64,000 bases of DNA from Mustelus asterias. Taxonomy: Eukaryota. Below the pieces are notes generated by a model. That model made no database searches. It had not been told where the DNA came from and was given only the letters and a program-made list of their open reading frames with translations. Position numbers and translations under genes: made by a program. This document shows, piece after piece, positions 1 through 10,939 of the stretch. The stretch is from contig NW_027590385.1 of assembly GCF_964213995.1 (NCBI RefSeq), positions 186,001 through 250,000 on the forward strand. The letters run 5' to 3'. Numbering within the stretch: the first letter of the stretch is position 1; every line of letters starts with the position of its first letter.

Positions 1-321
1 TGGTTAGCACTGCTGCTTCACAGCTCCAGGGACCTGGGTTCGATTCCCGGCTTGGGTCACTGTCTGTGTGGAGTTTGCACATTCTCCTCGTGTCTGCGTG
101 AGTTTCCTCCGGTTTCCTCCCACAGTCCAAAGATGTGCGGGTTAGGTTGATTGGCCATGCTAAAATTGCCTTTAGTGTCCTGGGATGTGTAGATTAGAGG
201 GATTAGTGGGTAAAATATGTAGGGATATGGGGGTAGGGCCTGGGTGGGATTGTGGTCGGCGCAGACTCGATGGGCCGAATGGCCTCTTTCTGTACTGTAA
301 GGTTTCTATGATTTCTATGAT
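1..321 (+). mobile_element. HE1-type shark V-SINE (5' end outside window)
   Basis: tRNA-like head (TGGTTAGCAC...GGTTCGATTCC), V-domain (TGTGTGGAGTTTGCACATTCTCC), CR1-type 3' end (GGGCCGAATGGCC) and TTCTATGAT tail; near-identical copy at 20566-20908. Confidence 0.9.
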
Positions 322-504
322 CCACTATCCCGGGCAAGCTCTGAGATATTTGATGAAGATATATAGCTCGGGCAATACCGATACGTCTCCGGATTTGTCA
401 GATAGGTTCTCGGCTGCGTTGCACAAAAGAAACAACACTGTTCCCTTAAAAATCGCCAGGGCTCTTAGGACTGACTGCGCCGTGTATTTCTGTGCCATGG
501 AGTT
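320..504 (+). pseudogene. T-cell receptor (TRAV/TRDV-like) V gene segment, FR2-FR3 part, interrupted by SINE
   Basis: Translation IHYPGQALRYLMKIYSSGNTDTSPDLSDRFSAALHKRNNTVPLKIARALRTDCAVYFCAME has V-set hallmarks (PGQ in FR2, RFS, VPLKI, DxAVYFCA); it ends directly at an RSS. Confidence 0.85.
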
Positions 505-543
505 CACACTGGTGCAGAAATACAGCGAACCCCGCACAAAAGC
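505..543 (+). promoter_or_regulatory. V(D)J recombination signal sequence, 23-bp spacer
   Basis: Heptamer CACACTG (505-511), 23-nt spacer (512-534), nonamer CACAAAAGC (535-543), right after YFCAME codons. Confidence 0.85.
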
Positions 544-566
544 CCCAGACTGGGAGTTCCGGTTAG

Positions 567-585
567 AGATCAGCAGAGGGCGCTC
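567..585 (+). promoter_or_regulatory. Putative CTCF-binding element
   Basis: AGATCAGCAGAGGGCGCTC closely matches the CTCF core consensus CCASYAGRKGGCRS. Confidence 0.55.
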
Positions 586-959
586 CCGCACCGATAAACA
601 GAAACAATTATATCGTGTCCACAGAAAGAGTCACAGGATCATAAATGAAATATCAAATCAAAACAGAACACGCAACATGAATAGCTGTGCCGCAGTTGGG
701 TTTTTAACTTGCAACTATACTAAAAATAGAGTTATGGTTCGTTCACTCACGCGTCGTCCTTTGATGATATTCCCTTGCCTGCGTGAATTACTGTATAGCA
801 CTTTCCCCATCTTGACTCTCCGCTTCGAGGTCGCTTTGCTCAAAGAGTCTGTTTGGTCAGAGTATTTTGCTGTCTAATGAACAGCTTAAATTAAATATAC
901 ATTTCGCAAGGTTGTCATTGTGCTATTTAAAACAATCCCTGGGAACAAGTTACCAGGGC

Positions 960-1696
960 TAACGGGAGGACTTTGAATAGTGTGGAGGAGCAGAGGGATC
1001 TAGGTGTATGTGTGCATAGATCCCTGAAAGTTGGGAATCAAGTAGATAAGGTTGTTAAGAAGGCATATGGTGTCTTGGCGTTTATTGGTAGGGGGATTGA
1101 ATTTAGGAGTCGTAGCGTTATGTTGCAACTGTACACAACTCTGGTGCGGCCGCACTTGGAGTACTGTGTGCAGTTCTGGTCCCCACATTACAGGAAGGAT
1201 GTGGAGGCTTTGGAGAGGGTGCAGAGGAGGTTTACCAGGATGTTGCCTGGTATGGAGGGGAGATCCTATGAGGAGAGGCTGAGGGATCTGGGATTGTTTT
1301 CGCTGGAAAGGCGGCGGCTAAGAGGGGATCTTATTGAAACATATAAGATGATTAGAGGTTTAGATAGGGTGGATAGTGATAGCCTTTTTCCTCTGATGGA
1401 GAAATCCAGCACGAGGGGGCATGGCTTTAAATTGAGGGGGGGTAGTTATAGAACCGATGTCAGGGGTAGGTTCTTTACCCAGAGGGTGGTGAGGGATTGG
1501 AATGCCCTGCCAGCATCAGTAGTAAATGCGCCTAGTTTGGGGGCGTTTAAGAGATCCGTAGATAGGTTCATGGACGAAAAGAAATTGGTTTAGGTTGGAG
1601 GGTCACAGTTTTTTTTTTTAACTGGTCGGTGCAACATCGTGGGCCGAAGGGCCTGTTCTGCGCTGTAATGTTCTATGTTCTATGTTCTATGTTCTA
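960..1696 (+). mobile_element. CR1-clade LINE (HER1-like), 5'-truncated, ORF2 C-terminus plus tail
   Basis: ORF 973-1593 with RPHLEYCVQFWSP, LERVQRRFTRM, FFTQRVV; GGGCCGAAGGGCC hairpin and (TTCTATG)n tail. Confidence 0.95.
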
Positions 1697-2365
1697 TTAA
1701 TGTTCATTCTGATTTTAAATGTCGGTGAAATGTTTTCTGACACAATTCGTAACCCAGTGCTTCCGCCTTGCATTACCGGGGACTTCATTCCCACCCGTGT
1801 GCCTAACAATATAGCGATCTTCCCAATAGGCACATTGATTAAATCCCAGATTGGGATATTTCTGCTCACTGAAAGGCAGGCCCCCAACATTGGGAAACAT
1901 GCAAATAACATGAGAGGATGCAATGCAACTAGAGCAGATTAACGAGAGTGCAGATTAGATCGAGACTTCTCTTATTTCAACTTCCCTTTTACAGAGCGGA
2001 CAGCGACAATGTGCTGTGTATCCTGGAGGTGGGAGGGGGAATTTCAGACTGACACAAATATCGCCTAGATCTCGCTCCAAATCTCGGACTAAATGATAAT
2101 CTTCGCATTGAATCTACTCAGTCCCATGAGGTCACAGGAGCTGAACACAAGTGAAGAAGGTGGATTTTGCAGTAATGGGTTGTAGGATGAAAGAAATACT
2201 GTGAAGGCAGCAGCAGTGGGGATAAAATGAAACAATTATCGAAAGTTACAGTAGAGGAACAGCTTATTAGTCTTGGCATATTGCTTTGAAACAACAGTTG
2301 TGATTAGTTGATCAGGAATAAGAAAGAGACAAGTTGTTTCATACGAAATTCTATTTTCACAATTT

Positions 2366-2432
2366 GTCACCTGTCATTGAGCCTGGGCCTTGGCGGTTAA
2401 AGCCTTGAATCTGAACCACGAGACCACCCGCT
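2366..2432 (-). pseudogene. Degenerate tRNA-Glu pseudogene
   Basis: Aligns with many mismatches to reverse complement of tRNA-Glu (AACCACGAGACCACC). Confidence 0.5.
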
Positions 2433-3306
2433 CTCCAGCATCACCTGCTCAATGTTGCCCTGTCTATCATTCCTTGTGTCAGTTAATCCACCTTGCCTTA
2501 CTCTCTACCACAGACCTTCACTTTTGTTGTTTCTACCGAGTGACTCCTGACTTTGCAATCAGAAAATGCTGGAAATACTCAGCATATCAGTTGACATTTA
2601 GCAAAAACACAAATTATGAAACGTTTCCCTGACCCTGTATTGAAAAGCATGCAGAAATATTGCTGTCCGGTTTCGAACCCTCAGAAATAATGTAATAATT
2701 GAAGTGGCGAGTTTGTTGTACGTTGTCAATGGCTGAACATATCACTGGTATTGAAGCAAATTGTGTCATTTTTCAGGAGAATCCCTTTGGTTCAAGTGTG
2801 CTTTCAGCGTGCTTAAAAATGACAAAAGGAGCGTGGATAAAGCAAATTTTAAAACATGCTGCAACCTGCTGGTCTGATGGATAGAGTTTGACACTTTCAC
2901 TGCTGTTTTGATTACAGGTCAGGATATGAAGATTTATTGCTCGTGTCCAAACCATGAAACACATTTCAGTTATTTCCCTGTAGAATGCAGGAATCCTGGT
3001 CTCGCCTCATGTCCTGCCCTTATTGAAGTGAAGACCCTGACCAAATTCAACAGGAAGTTTTATTGTCATTTCTGGCGGGAGATTAGGAACCAGACGAGGT
3101 TAAGGACAGTTTAAATCGTACAGGCCCTTCACTGAAGCTCATTGTGTTTCTGACTGGAGAAGATTTCTCTTTGTTGCATGGATCACTTCTCTGATTAAAT
3201 GACGGAACGGACTCGAAGTACCCAATGGTTCATAGCAAATTCTTTGCCTCTGAGCTATTTCACTAGCAATACCGTTAAAATACCTGGTGATCGTTTGCAC
3301 TTCGGT

Positions 3307-3388
3307 GGTAGCGGGTCCGAGTGGTCCAAGACGTTGGGTTGAGGTTCCAGTCTTTGGGGAGGCGTGAATTCCAATTCAAACGCTGCTA
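3307..3388 (+). pseudogene. tRNA-Leu pseudogene (anticodon reads GAG)
   Basis: 82-nt match to the Leu-TAG gene at 53526, with broken B box and stems. Confidence 0.8.
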
Positions 3389-3839
3389 CAAGTGGTTTTA
3401 GTTCTGGATACTACGCTGGAGATTTTCAGCTGTGAAGAGGGACGAAATACACTGGGGCTGATTTCGCCTGAGCATTGAATGCTGAGGGCCGACATGATTG
3501 AGTGTGCAAAACTTTCAGGGACATGGATTGGCAGATAGGAATAGTCGTTTCCCCATAGCAGAAGGGTGAACAACCAGGCGGCATAGATTTAAGGTATGGA
3601 GAAAGAGCTTCAGAGAGGATCAGAGGGTGATGGCAATCTGGAACCCACTGCCTGAAAGGTTGTTAGAGGCGAGAACACCAACACTAAGAACACTTAAGAA
3701 CCATTTAGAAGAGAACTTTAAATGCCTTGATATCACAGGCAGCCACATTCGTCACACCTCTGGAGAACAGCTCTTTTGTCCATGTGTGAACAAAGGCTGA
3801 CTGGAGAAGGTTTCTCTTTGTTGCATAGTTCAGACTTCT

Positions 3840-4110
3840 CTGAGTAACTGTTAGCTGGTTACTGCGAAGTCAGTGCTTCTTGATACCATGTTTGTTGACC
3901 CCTTCTATCACATTCCTGATGACCGAGGGCAGACTGGTGGTAATTGTCTTGATTTGATTTGCAGCTTGGCAGGTAATGACAGTGATGCAGTTGGACTGAA
4001 ACTGCTTGGCTCGGAGCACGGCAAGTTCAGGAGCACAACGCTTCAGTAAAATTGCTGGAAGATTGCCAGTGCCGGGAGCTTTCGTTGTTTCCAATGTATC
4101 CACAAACATC
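3840..4110 (-). mobile_element. Degenerate non-LTR retrotransposon RT fragment
   Basis: Translation NLPAILLKRCAPELA... same family as 4960-6510. Confidence 0.65.
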
Positions 4111-4149
4111 TTTGTCTTCCAATCAACGCTGCACTGAAAGTGATTGTCG

Positions 4150-4320
4150 AATAGTGGGCACCGCGGTGGCTTCGCAGCGCCAGGGACCCGGCTTCAATTC
4201 CAGCCTTCGGTAATTGTGCGGCGTTTGCACGTTCTCCCCGTGTGTGCCTGAGTTTCCTGCGGGTGTTCCAGTTTCCCCCCACAGTGTCCAGGTGTGCATG
4301 TTAGGTGGATTGGCGACGTA
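4150..4320 (+). mobile_element. Old V-SINE fragment
   Basis: Degenerate tRNA head plus GTTTGCACGTTCTCCCCGTG V-domain. Confidence 0.7.
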
Positions 4321-4442
4321 TTTGCTGTAATTGCTTATAAATGATAGATTGACTGTGTGACTATCTGGCAAAGTTTAGACAATGACATGAAATGAGGCAA
4401 TGGGAAAATAGATGATTATGGTCTAATTGCAAATCTCTCTTA

Positions 4443-4502
4443 TGAGCTTTTCTAGTGGTCAGGATTAGGCGCCGTGCCCGGGATTGATTCCCAGTCACGG
4501 GG
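4443..4502 (+). pseudogene. tRNA-Glu pseudogene lacking anticodon loop
   Basis: TCTAGTGGTCAGGATTAGGCGC-CGTGCCCGGGATTGATTCCCAGTCA; paralogs near 17044, 37484, 48910. Confidence 0.65.
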
Positions 4503-4838
4503 TGAACATTTTTTTGTTTAACTCTTCATTAAATCAAATTAGGCCTCACATCGTCTGCGAAGGGAGAAACAAGGGTTAATCTTCAAACTGGGTGAATTGT
4601 ATCAGACGTGGAAAAGTCAGAGATGTAACAATAAGTATAAGCTCAGAAGAAGAATTTAACGGCAGGCACACGGCAAACATTGATCGTTTGAAGTAACTGG
4701 CACATGTCAAATTCTGCCCCTTTATCGCCACATATTCTAACTCCCTGCTCTCCCGCTCAAACACATCGATTTCTATCTGAAAATGCAGTCTGTTCCACCG
4801 ATTATTATACATTTATTCCAACGGAATTGCAAAGGGTT

Positions 4839-4911
4839 GGCTCCATGGCTCAGTGGTTAGAGCACTGGTCTCGTAAACCAGAGGTCGCGAGTTCGATCCT
4901 CGCTGGAGCCT
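4839..4911 (+). tRNA. TRNAT-CGU: tRNA-Thr(CGT)
   Basis: Full cloverleaf: acceptor GGCTCCA/TGGAGCC, D stem GCTC/GAGC, anticodon arm CTGGT-CT CGT AA-ACCAG, T arm GCGAG/CTCGC; TTTT terminator follows. Confidence 0.93.
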
Positions 4912-4959
4912 TATTTTCAACTTTAGTTTATAGCCGCAAGTTACATTTGGTAATTTAAA

Positions 4960-6510
4960 CGCTCGGTCGAATGCGGCCTTGATGTCAAGACCGATCACTC
5001 TCAGCTCACCTCGGGAATTCAGCTCCTTTGCCCATGTTTGAACAAAAGCTCAAATGAGGACAGCAGCTGAGTCACCCTGGCGAAACTCAAACTGGGCTTT
5101 GCTGAGGAGGTCTGTTGATGACCCTGCCATCGTCTAATTTGGCGGTAATTGGCTAGTTGGATTTGCCGTGCCTTTTTTTGTGCAGGACATACCTGGGCAA
5201 TTTTCCACATTGTTGCGTAGATGCCAGTGTTGTAATTGTCCGAGAAGAACTCGGCTAGGGGAGTGGTAACTTCTATAGCACAAGTACTTTTGCCGGAATG
5301 TTATCAGGCTCCATTGCCTTTCCAGTATCCAGTGCCTCCAACCGTTTCTTGGTATCAATTGGAGTGAATCGAATTGGCTGGAGACGAGCATTTGAGATGC
5401 TGGGGACCACTGGAGGAGGCCGAGATGGATCATCCAGTCGACACTCCTGGCTGAAGATTGCTTTGAATTCTTCAGGTTTATCTTTTGCATCGAGGTGCTG
5501 GGCTGCACCCATCAGTGAGGATGAGGATATTTGTGCATTTTCTTCCTCCAGTGAGTTGTTTAATTGTCCACCACTATTCACGACTGGATGTGGAAGGACT
5601 GAAGAGGTTAGACCTGATCTGTTGGTTGTGGGATCGCTTACCTCTGTCTATCACTTGTTGTTTTTGCCATTTGGCATGTACATAGTCCTGTTCGGTAGTT
5701 TCTCCAGGTTGACACCTCACATTTTGGTATGCCTGGTGCTACTCCTGCGCCCCCCCCCCTCCCCCACCCACACACACACACCCTTGCACTCTCCATTGAA
5801 CCAGAGTTGATTCCCTGACTTGATAGTAATGGTTATTTGGGGTATATTCTGGGCCATGAGATTGCAGATTGTGCTGGAGTACAGTTCCCCTGCTGTTGGT
5901 GGCCCACAACGCCCCATGCATGCCTAGTCTTGAGTTGCTAGATCGGTTCGAAGTCTGTCCCATTAAACACGGTGATAGTGCCACATAACACAATGGAGGC
6001 TATTCTCAATGCAAAGGCGCGACTTCGTCTCCACACGGATTATGCAGTGATCACTCTTGAGGATACCGTCGTGGACGGTTGCATCTGCAGCCGGTAGATT
6101 GGTAAGGATGAGGTCAAGTATGTTATTTCCTCTTGTTGGTTCCTTCACCAGCTACTGCAGATCAAGTCTAACAGTTACATCTTTTAAGACCCGACCAGCT
6201 CGATCAGTATTGCTGCTACTGAGCCATTCTCGGTGGTGGACATTGAAATCCCCCATCTAGAGTACATTCTGCGCCCTTGCCACCCTCAGTGCTTCCTCCA
6301 AGTGTATTTCAACATGGAGGATCACTGATTCATGAGCCGAAGGAGGGCGGCACCTGGTATCCAGTAAGAGGTTTCCTTCCACATGTTTAACCTGAAGCCA
6401 TGAGACGACAGAGTCGATGTTAAGAATTCCCAGGGCAACTCACTCCCGATTGTATCCCACTGCGCTGCCATCTCTGCTAGCTGGCGGCACAGTGGTATAC
6501 AGTCGCTGGG
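4960..6510 (-). mobile_element. Frameshifted non-LTR retrotransposon ORF2 (APE endonuclease plus RT N-terminus; CR1/L2 group)
   Basis: Fragments EPTRGNNILDLILTN...SDH, PDNIPAKVL, MWKIAQVCP, DIKAAFDR in successive minus frames. Confidence 0.85.
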
Positions 6511-6559
6511 AGTTTGCTGGGGCATGAAATTGACACTGAGGCGAAATCGTCCCACAAGA

Positions 6560-7062
6560 CGCTGAAGTGATCGAATTACATAAAATTTTACGAGGGATGA
6601 TAGAGTGAACATAGACAAAATGTTTCTTCTTATTGGGCAATCGAGATCAAGAGGTCACAATTACATAAAAAAACAAAATACAATGAATGCTGGAATCTGT
6701 GCAAAAAACAGAAAATGCTTGGAAATCTCAACTGATCTGACAGCATCTGTGGGGAAGGAATAGAACCAACCTACTGTCACATGGATAGGTAGAGAGGCGG
6801 TAGATTTAAAACGGAGATGCTGGGGAACTACTTATTGCTAATGGTCGTCGACTTTTGGAACTCGCTGCCCCATAGGACGGTGGAGTCTGAATCATTAAAA
6901 AGGTTTAAAGAAGGAGACAGATATATTTCCAATACAACATGAATTAACAGATAAGGGGCAGTGGATTTGAGACCAGGGAAAGATCAGCCATGAACTGATT
7001 GAATGCTGGAGCAGGCTCGAAGCGTTGAATTTGCCCACTGCTGATCTTAATTCCTATGTTCC
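6560..7062 (+). mobile_element. Old CR1 3' end with nested small repeat
   Basis: Degenerate ORF2 C-terminus and GATCAGCCATG...GGCTCGAAG...TTCCTATGTTCC tail. Confidence 0.65.
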
Positions 7063-7139
7063 TAAGTGTAACTTTCAATTTTCAGAACCCACCAACCACA
7101 TCAATGAGGCAGATGTGCAACCTATCTGCCAAAATACTT

Positions 7140-7708
7140 GTTTTGGCAGATAAGGCAAAGGAGGATCCAAAGAGCTTCGACAAAGACAGAAAGGGCAAAA
7201 GAGTAGCAAGGGAGAGAGTAGGGCCTCTTAAGGATCAACAAGATCATCTGTGTGCGGATCCACAAGAGATGGGTGAGGTGCTAAATGCATATTTCTCATC
7301 AGTATTTGCTGTAGAGAAAAGCATGGATGTTAGGGAACTTCAGGAAATAAATAGTGATGTCTTGAGGAGTGTACATATTACAGATAAGGAGGTGCTGGAA
7401 GTCTTAACGCGCATCGAGGTAGATAAATCCCGGGACCTGATGAAGTATATCCCAGGACATTGTGGGAGGCTAAGGAGGAAATTGAGGGTCCCCTAGCAGA
7501 GATGTTCGAATCATTGATAGTCACAGGTGAGGTGCCTGAAGATTGGAGGGTGGTAAATGTTGTGCTTGTTTAAAAAGGGCTGCAGGGAAGAGCCTGGGAA
7601 CTACAGGCCAGTGAGCCTCACATCTGTAATGGGTAAGTTGTTGGAAGGTATTTTGAGAGACAGGATCTACAGGCAATTAGAGACGGAATGAATTATTAGA
7701 GATAGTCA
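7140..7708 (+). mobile_element. CR1 ORF2 internal fragment
   Basis: LADKAKEDPKSF...VGPLKDQ...MGEVLNAYFSSVF and VPEDWRV/PGNYRPVSLTS motifs. Confidence 0.85.
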
Positions 7709-7709
7709 A

Positions 7710-8018
7710 CGACTTGCCTAGGCTTGCAAAATCTCACCAACCATCCTGGCTGGAGATAATACACACCTCTTTAACCTGTGCTTAACCCTCTCTCCACTCA
7801 CAATGTCTGTACATTTAAGACCTGATTACCTGTAAAGTCTCGCATTCCAACCATTATTTTGTAAATTGAGTTTGTGTCTATATATGCCCTGTTTGTGAAC
7901 ACAACTCCCACTCACCTGATGAAGGGGCAGTGCTCCGTAAGCTTGTGGCTTGTGCTACCAAATAAACCTGTTGGACTTTAACCTGGCGTTGTGAGACTTC
8001 GTACTGTGTTTACCCCAG
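7710..8018 (+). mobile_element. Penelope-like element 3' end / pseudo-LTR
   Basis: Homologous to ends of GIY-YIG elements at 19390 and 54480-54765; AATAAACCTGTTGGACTTTAACCTGG signature. Confidence 0.8.
7913..7947 (+). ncRNA. Minimal hammerhead ribozyme motif, mutated (GAAA>GTAA)
   Basis: CAC-CTGATGA-A-GGGG cagtg CTCC-GTAA-GC-TT-GTG. Confidence 0.55.
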
Positions 8019-8645
8019 CGGGTGGTGGTGGGGGTGGGGAGGAGGAGAACTGGGGGGAGCGGTGGAAACAATCCTTCAGCATGCACACTATCAAACAGTC
8101 TCGCCGTTGCAGACTTGTCAATGGGATCACTTTTTATTATTCCAAACTCTAGAGAGAAAAGGGTAACCACAATGAATCTCTCCTCCAAGGGCAACTGTCT
8201 CATCACAGCAATCAATCCATTGAACCTTCGTTACACAGACAGCGCGAGAATAGAGGGAAATAAGAACACACTATGGAAAGTGGATAGAGGCACAGTGAGA
8301 GACTGAGAGAGTGCAAAATAATGAGGTCGTTACACAGAAACAAAGAGAGACAGATATAGACAGTGCGTGGGGGAGTCAGCCACATCGTATGAATGAATAA
8401 CAATGTACACAAAGCCAGCGGCCGGAACCCACAAGCATTGGGTCCTCTGAATTGTTGACTAGGGATAAAGAGAAGGTCCAAAAGAAGAGTCAGCTTTTGA
8501 AAACATCTTGAACTGCCTGTGAGTGCGTTGTGTTGTTAGATTCCTTGTGTTGTCAGTTTCCCAAACCAAACCACGGGAAAACTCATCCTGCCGTGTGCAC
8601 GGCAAAGAAATGAACAGGACTTTGCCATTGCAAACAACAACAATG

Positions 8646-8735
8646 GGGCTCGTCCTGGAATTGAACCCGGGACCTCTCGCAGCCTTGCACATCACAACAC
8701 CCAAAGCGCGAATCATACCCCTGGACCAACGAGCC
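8646..8735 (-). tRNA. TRNAP-UGG: tRNA-Pro(TGG) with 18-nt intron at 37/38 (two stem mismatches; possibly pseudogene)
   Basis: GGCTCGTTGGTCCAGGGGTATGATTCGCGCTTTGGG[TGTTGTGATGTGCAAGGC]TGCGAGAGGTCCCGGGTTCAATTCCAGGACGAGCCC; insert at 8682-8699. Confidence 0.75.
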
Positions 8736-9859
8736 GCTGTTGCGGGAGCTCCTCAAATACGGATATATATTGTCATACAAATCTGATCAGACAGCTGCCC
8801 TGAAAGCTGGAAGCGCTGGAGAAACTCAGGAAGCCAGGCAGCAAGTGCACACAGGGAAAGGACTCTCTTCTTACACCTTCATAACCTTTCATTTTACCCT
8901 TTAAGCTGGTAAAGTTTGAAAATGTAGGAAGTTTTAAACAAGTGAAATCCAGGAGGAGCGAGGAAACATAACAACAGGAAAGGGCCCTGACCGGGTACAA
9001 TTCAAGAGAGATAAATGAACAACTTGTTTACAGTCCATGGTCTGAGCGTGAGGAAAGCAGAGTATCATAGAATGTTTGCACCTCAGAATGAGACCATGCA
9101 CAAAATCTTTGAAGAAGTCACGTGTGCTGTGGATAATAGGGAGCCGGTGGGTGTACTGTACAGCGATTTCACAGGAGCTGCAGTGATGAGGTTGGTGGAT
9201 TTGGGAAATTGAGAGGAACACATGAGCAGCTTGTCTGACTATTTCATCTCTTTACCGCTTTCATGCTGCAGCGAAAAGTAATCCTTGTTGCCATTGGATG
9301 AAGGACTAACTTCTGTTCTACCTGAACAGAACATTTTGAAAGAGAGACTTGCCTCTGGTGGAAATAGATCTGAGATGAAAATAATGAAATATAAAACGAA
9401 GTAAATTAGATTAAACATCCAACGTGTTAGAAATATTGGGTCATCCAAACTATTAGAAATATTGGGTTGACAGTAAGTGGCATGAATTGATGCTGTGATC
9501 GCAGATATAGAACTGGAACCCACCATCACACTGAGTGAATCCGCTGTCTGTTTAAATGTTGATCAAAGAAAAATGTTAATCACTTTACACAATGGAACGT
9601 ACGGTAACTCAGTCAATAAGCACCCTCCACTCACAAATAACAGAAAGGGTTAATTTCATCTCACAACTTTAAACTTCTTGCTGTTCCGTACATTTACCAT
9701 GAAGGTTTATAAAGTAAGTGAATAGAATTTGTGATGGTAAAAAACATGTCCACGCCCATGAGGTACGTAAGCATAGTGGCGGACACAGAGGAACAAACAT
9801 AACCATAGACCACGCGAGACAGAGGACAAAGGAGCAACAAAACGGAGGTTAGACATTGA

Positions 9860-9930
9860 AGGAATATAGCTTAGGAGTCGAGCATTTGACTGCAAGTCAA
9901 GACGCTTCTGCATTCAAATCGGATGCCTCT
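9860..9930 (+). pseudogene. tRNA-Cys(GCA) pseudogene
   Basis: GAGCATTTGACTGCA core retained; acceptor and T arms degenerate. Confidence 0.75.
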
Positions 9931-9965
9931 GAATATTCCCTTAATATCAATGAGCTATACCCCTT

Positions 9966-10939
9966 CAGGGCATTTTTGCAATCAATGATGAAGTACAAAC
10001 TAACATTTTGTTTGCTCTAATTCAGTTCATATGCAACAACGATCTAGAATCGGGGAAATTTTAAAAAATGTTAATTTCAATTATGTTTCGACCTTATTTT
10101 AAATCGGGGAGCCTTTCGTATATGAAATGAACATGTTAACTCCTACAATCCAGAAGCTCTGCTCATGACCAATGTGACCGGCCTAGAATATCAAACAGTG
10201 CAGTCTGATTGCAATTTAAATCCTTGCTTTGTAGAATTATAATTCTGTTGAAAACCTTAGCCATGTGGCAGTCATTCATCTAACATAAGATTTAGAAAAT
10301 AGCATTTGTCCCGAATTTTATCTCTTTCTCCATGACTGCAGTTGCAGAATATTATTCAAGCATTGGGGAATTGTAAATACCACATGGCTGTGAGGTAATG
10401 TGATTCCTTAATATTTAATAACACTTAGAGATGGGACAGCTGTTTTGAAAAGGTATTATCAGTTTTTTTGAACACAATAATCAGTATACTTCAGGAACAC
10501 AGGTGACAAATGGAAGTGTTTCGAATTTGATGCGTGTCCACAGATTCTGCCAAACCTGCTGAGAATTTCCACCATCTAATGCTTGTATTATAAATGCAGG
10601 TTTTATCAGAACATAAAACACACCGCAAGACGGCAACGATAAATGAAATAGTCCCACAAGCTGTTCACGTGTAAATTTTAATTTCCGAAACCCACCAATC
10701 TCATCATTACTGATCCTGTGAAACTTACCTTGTAAAACACGGCAGGCATTCATCTCTCAAAGAACTGAAACGCCTCAAACATGAACTCTCTGCTCTCAAT
10801 CTCAGGACTTTGCAATTATAAAAAACAGCATGCTGGTGAAAGTTTAACTCAGTCCTCACTCCACTGATCTTTGCCGACTTACTGTGTATTTCCCTCATTG
10901 AACACATTTCAGGTTGGGACAGACAAATTCCTGATCTAT
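9966..10939 (-). repeat. Inverted duplication of ~24582-25555
   Basis: Minus ORF 10725-10973 shares RSGICLSQPEMCSMREIHSKSAK with plus ORF 24536-24718. Confidence 0.9.

Larger units (their letters stand above)
8020..9930 (+). repeat. Segmental duplication (Pro-Cys block), direct paralog at ~21980-23843
   Basis: Colinear matches, e.g. ORF 9015-9212 vs 22922-23119. Confidence 0.85.

Noticed and set aside
185-877. 230-aa ORF as a real gene
   Set aside because: Chimeric read-through: SINE tail, then V-segment fragment, then RSS and intergenic DNA
1899-1906. Octamer ATGCAAAT as an Ig promoter
   Set aside because: No hydrophobic leader exon or V exon follows; similar octamers near 23938 and 40080 lie in a repeat tail
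1980-2200. Possible splice acceptor/exon (CTTCCCTTTTACAG)
   Set aside because: No recognisable coding frame follows
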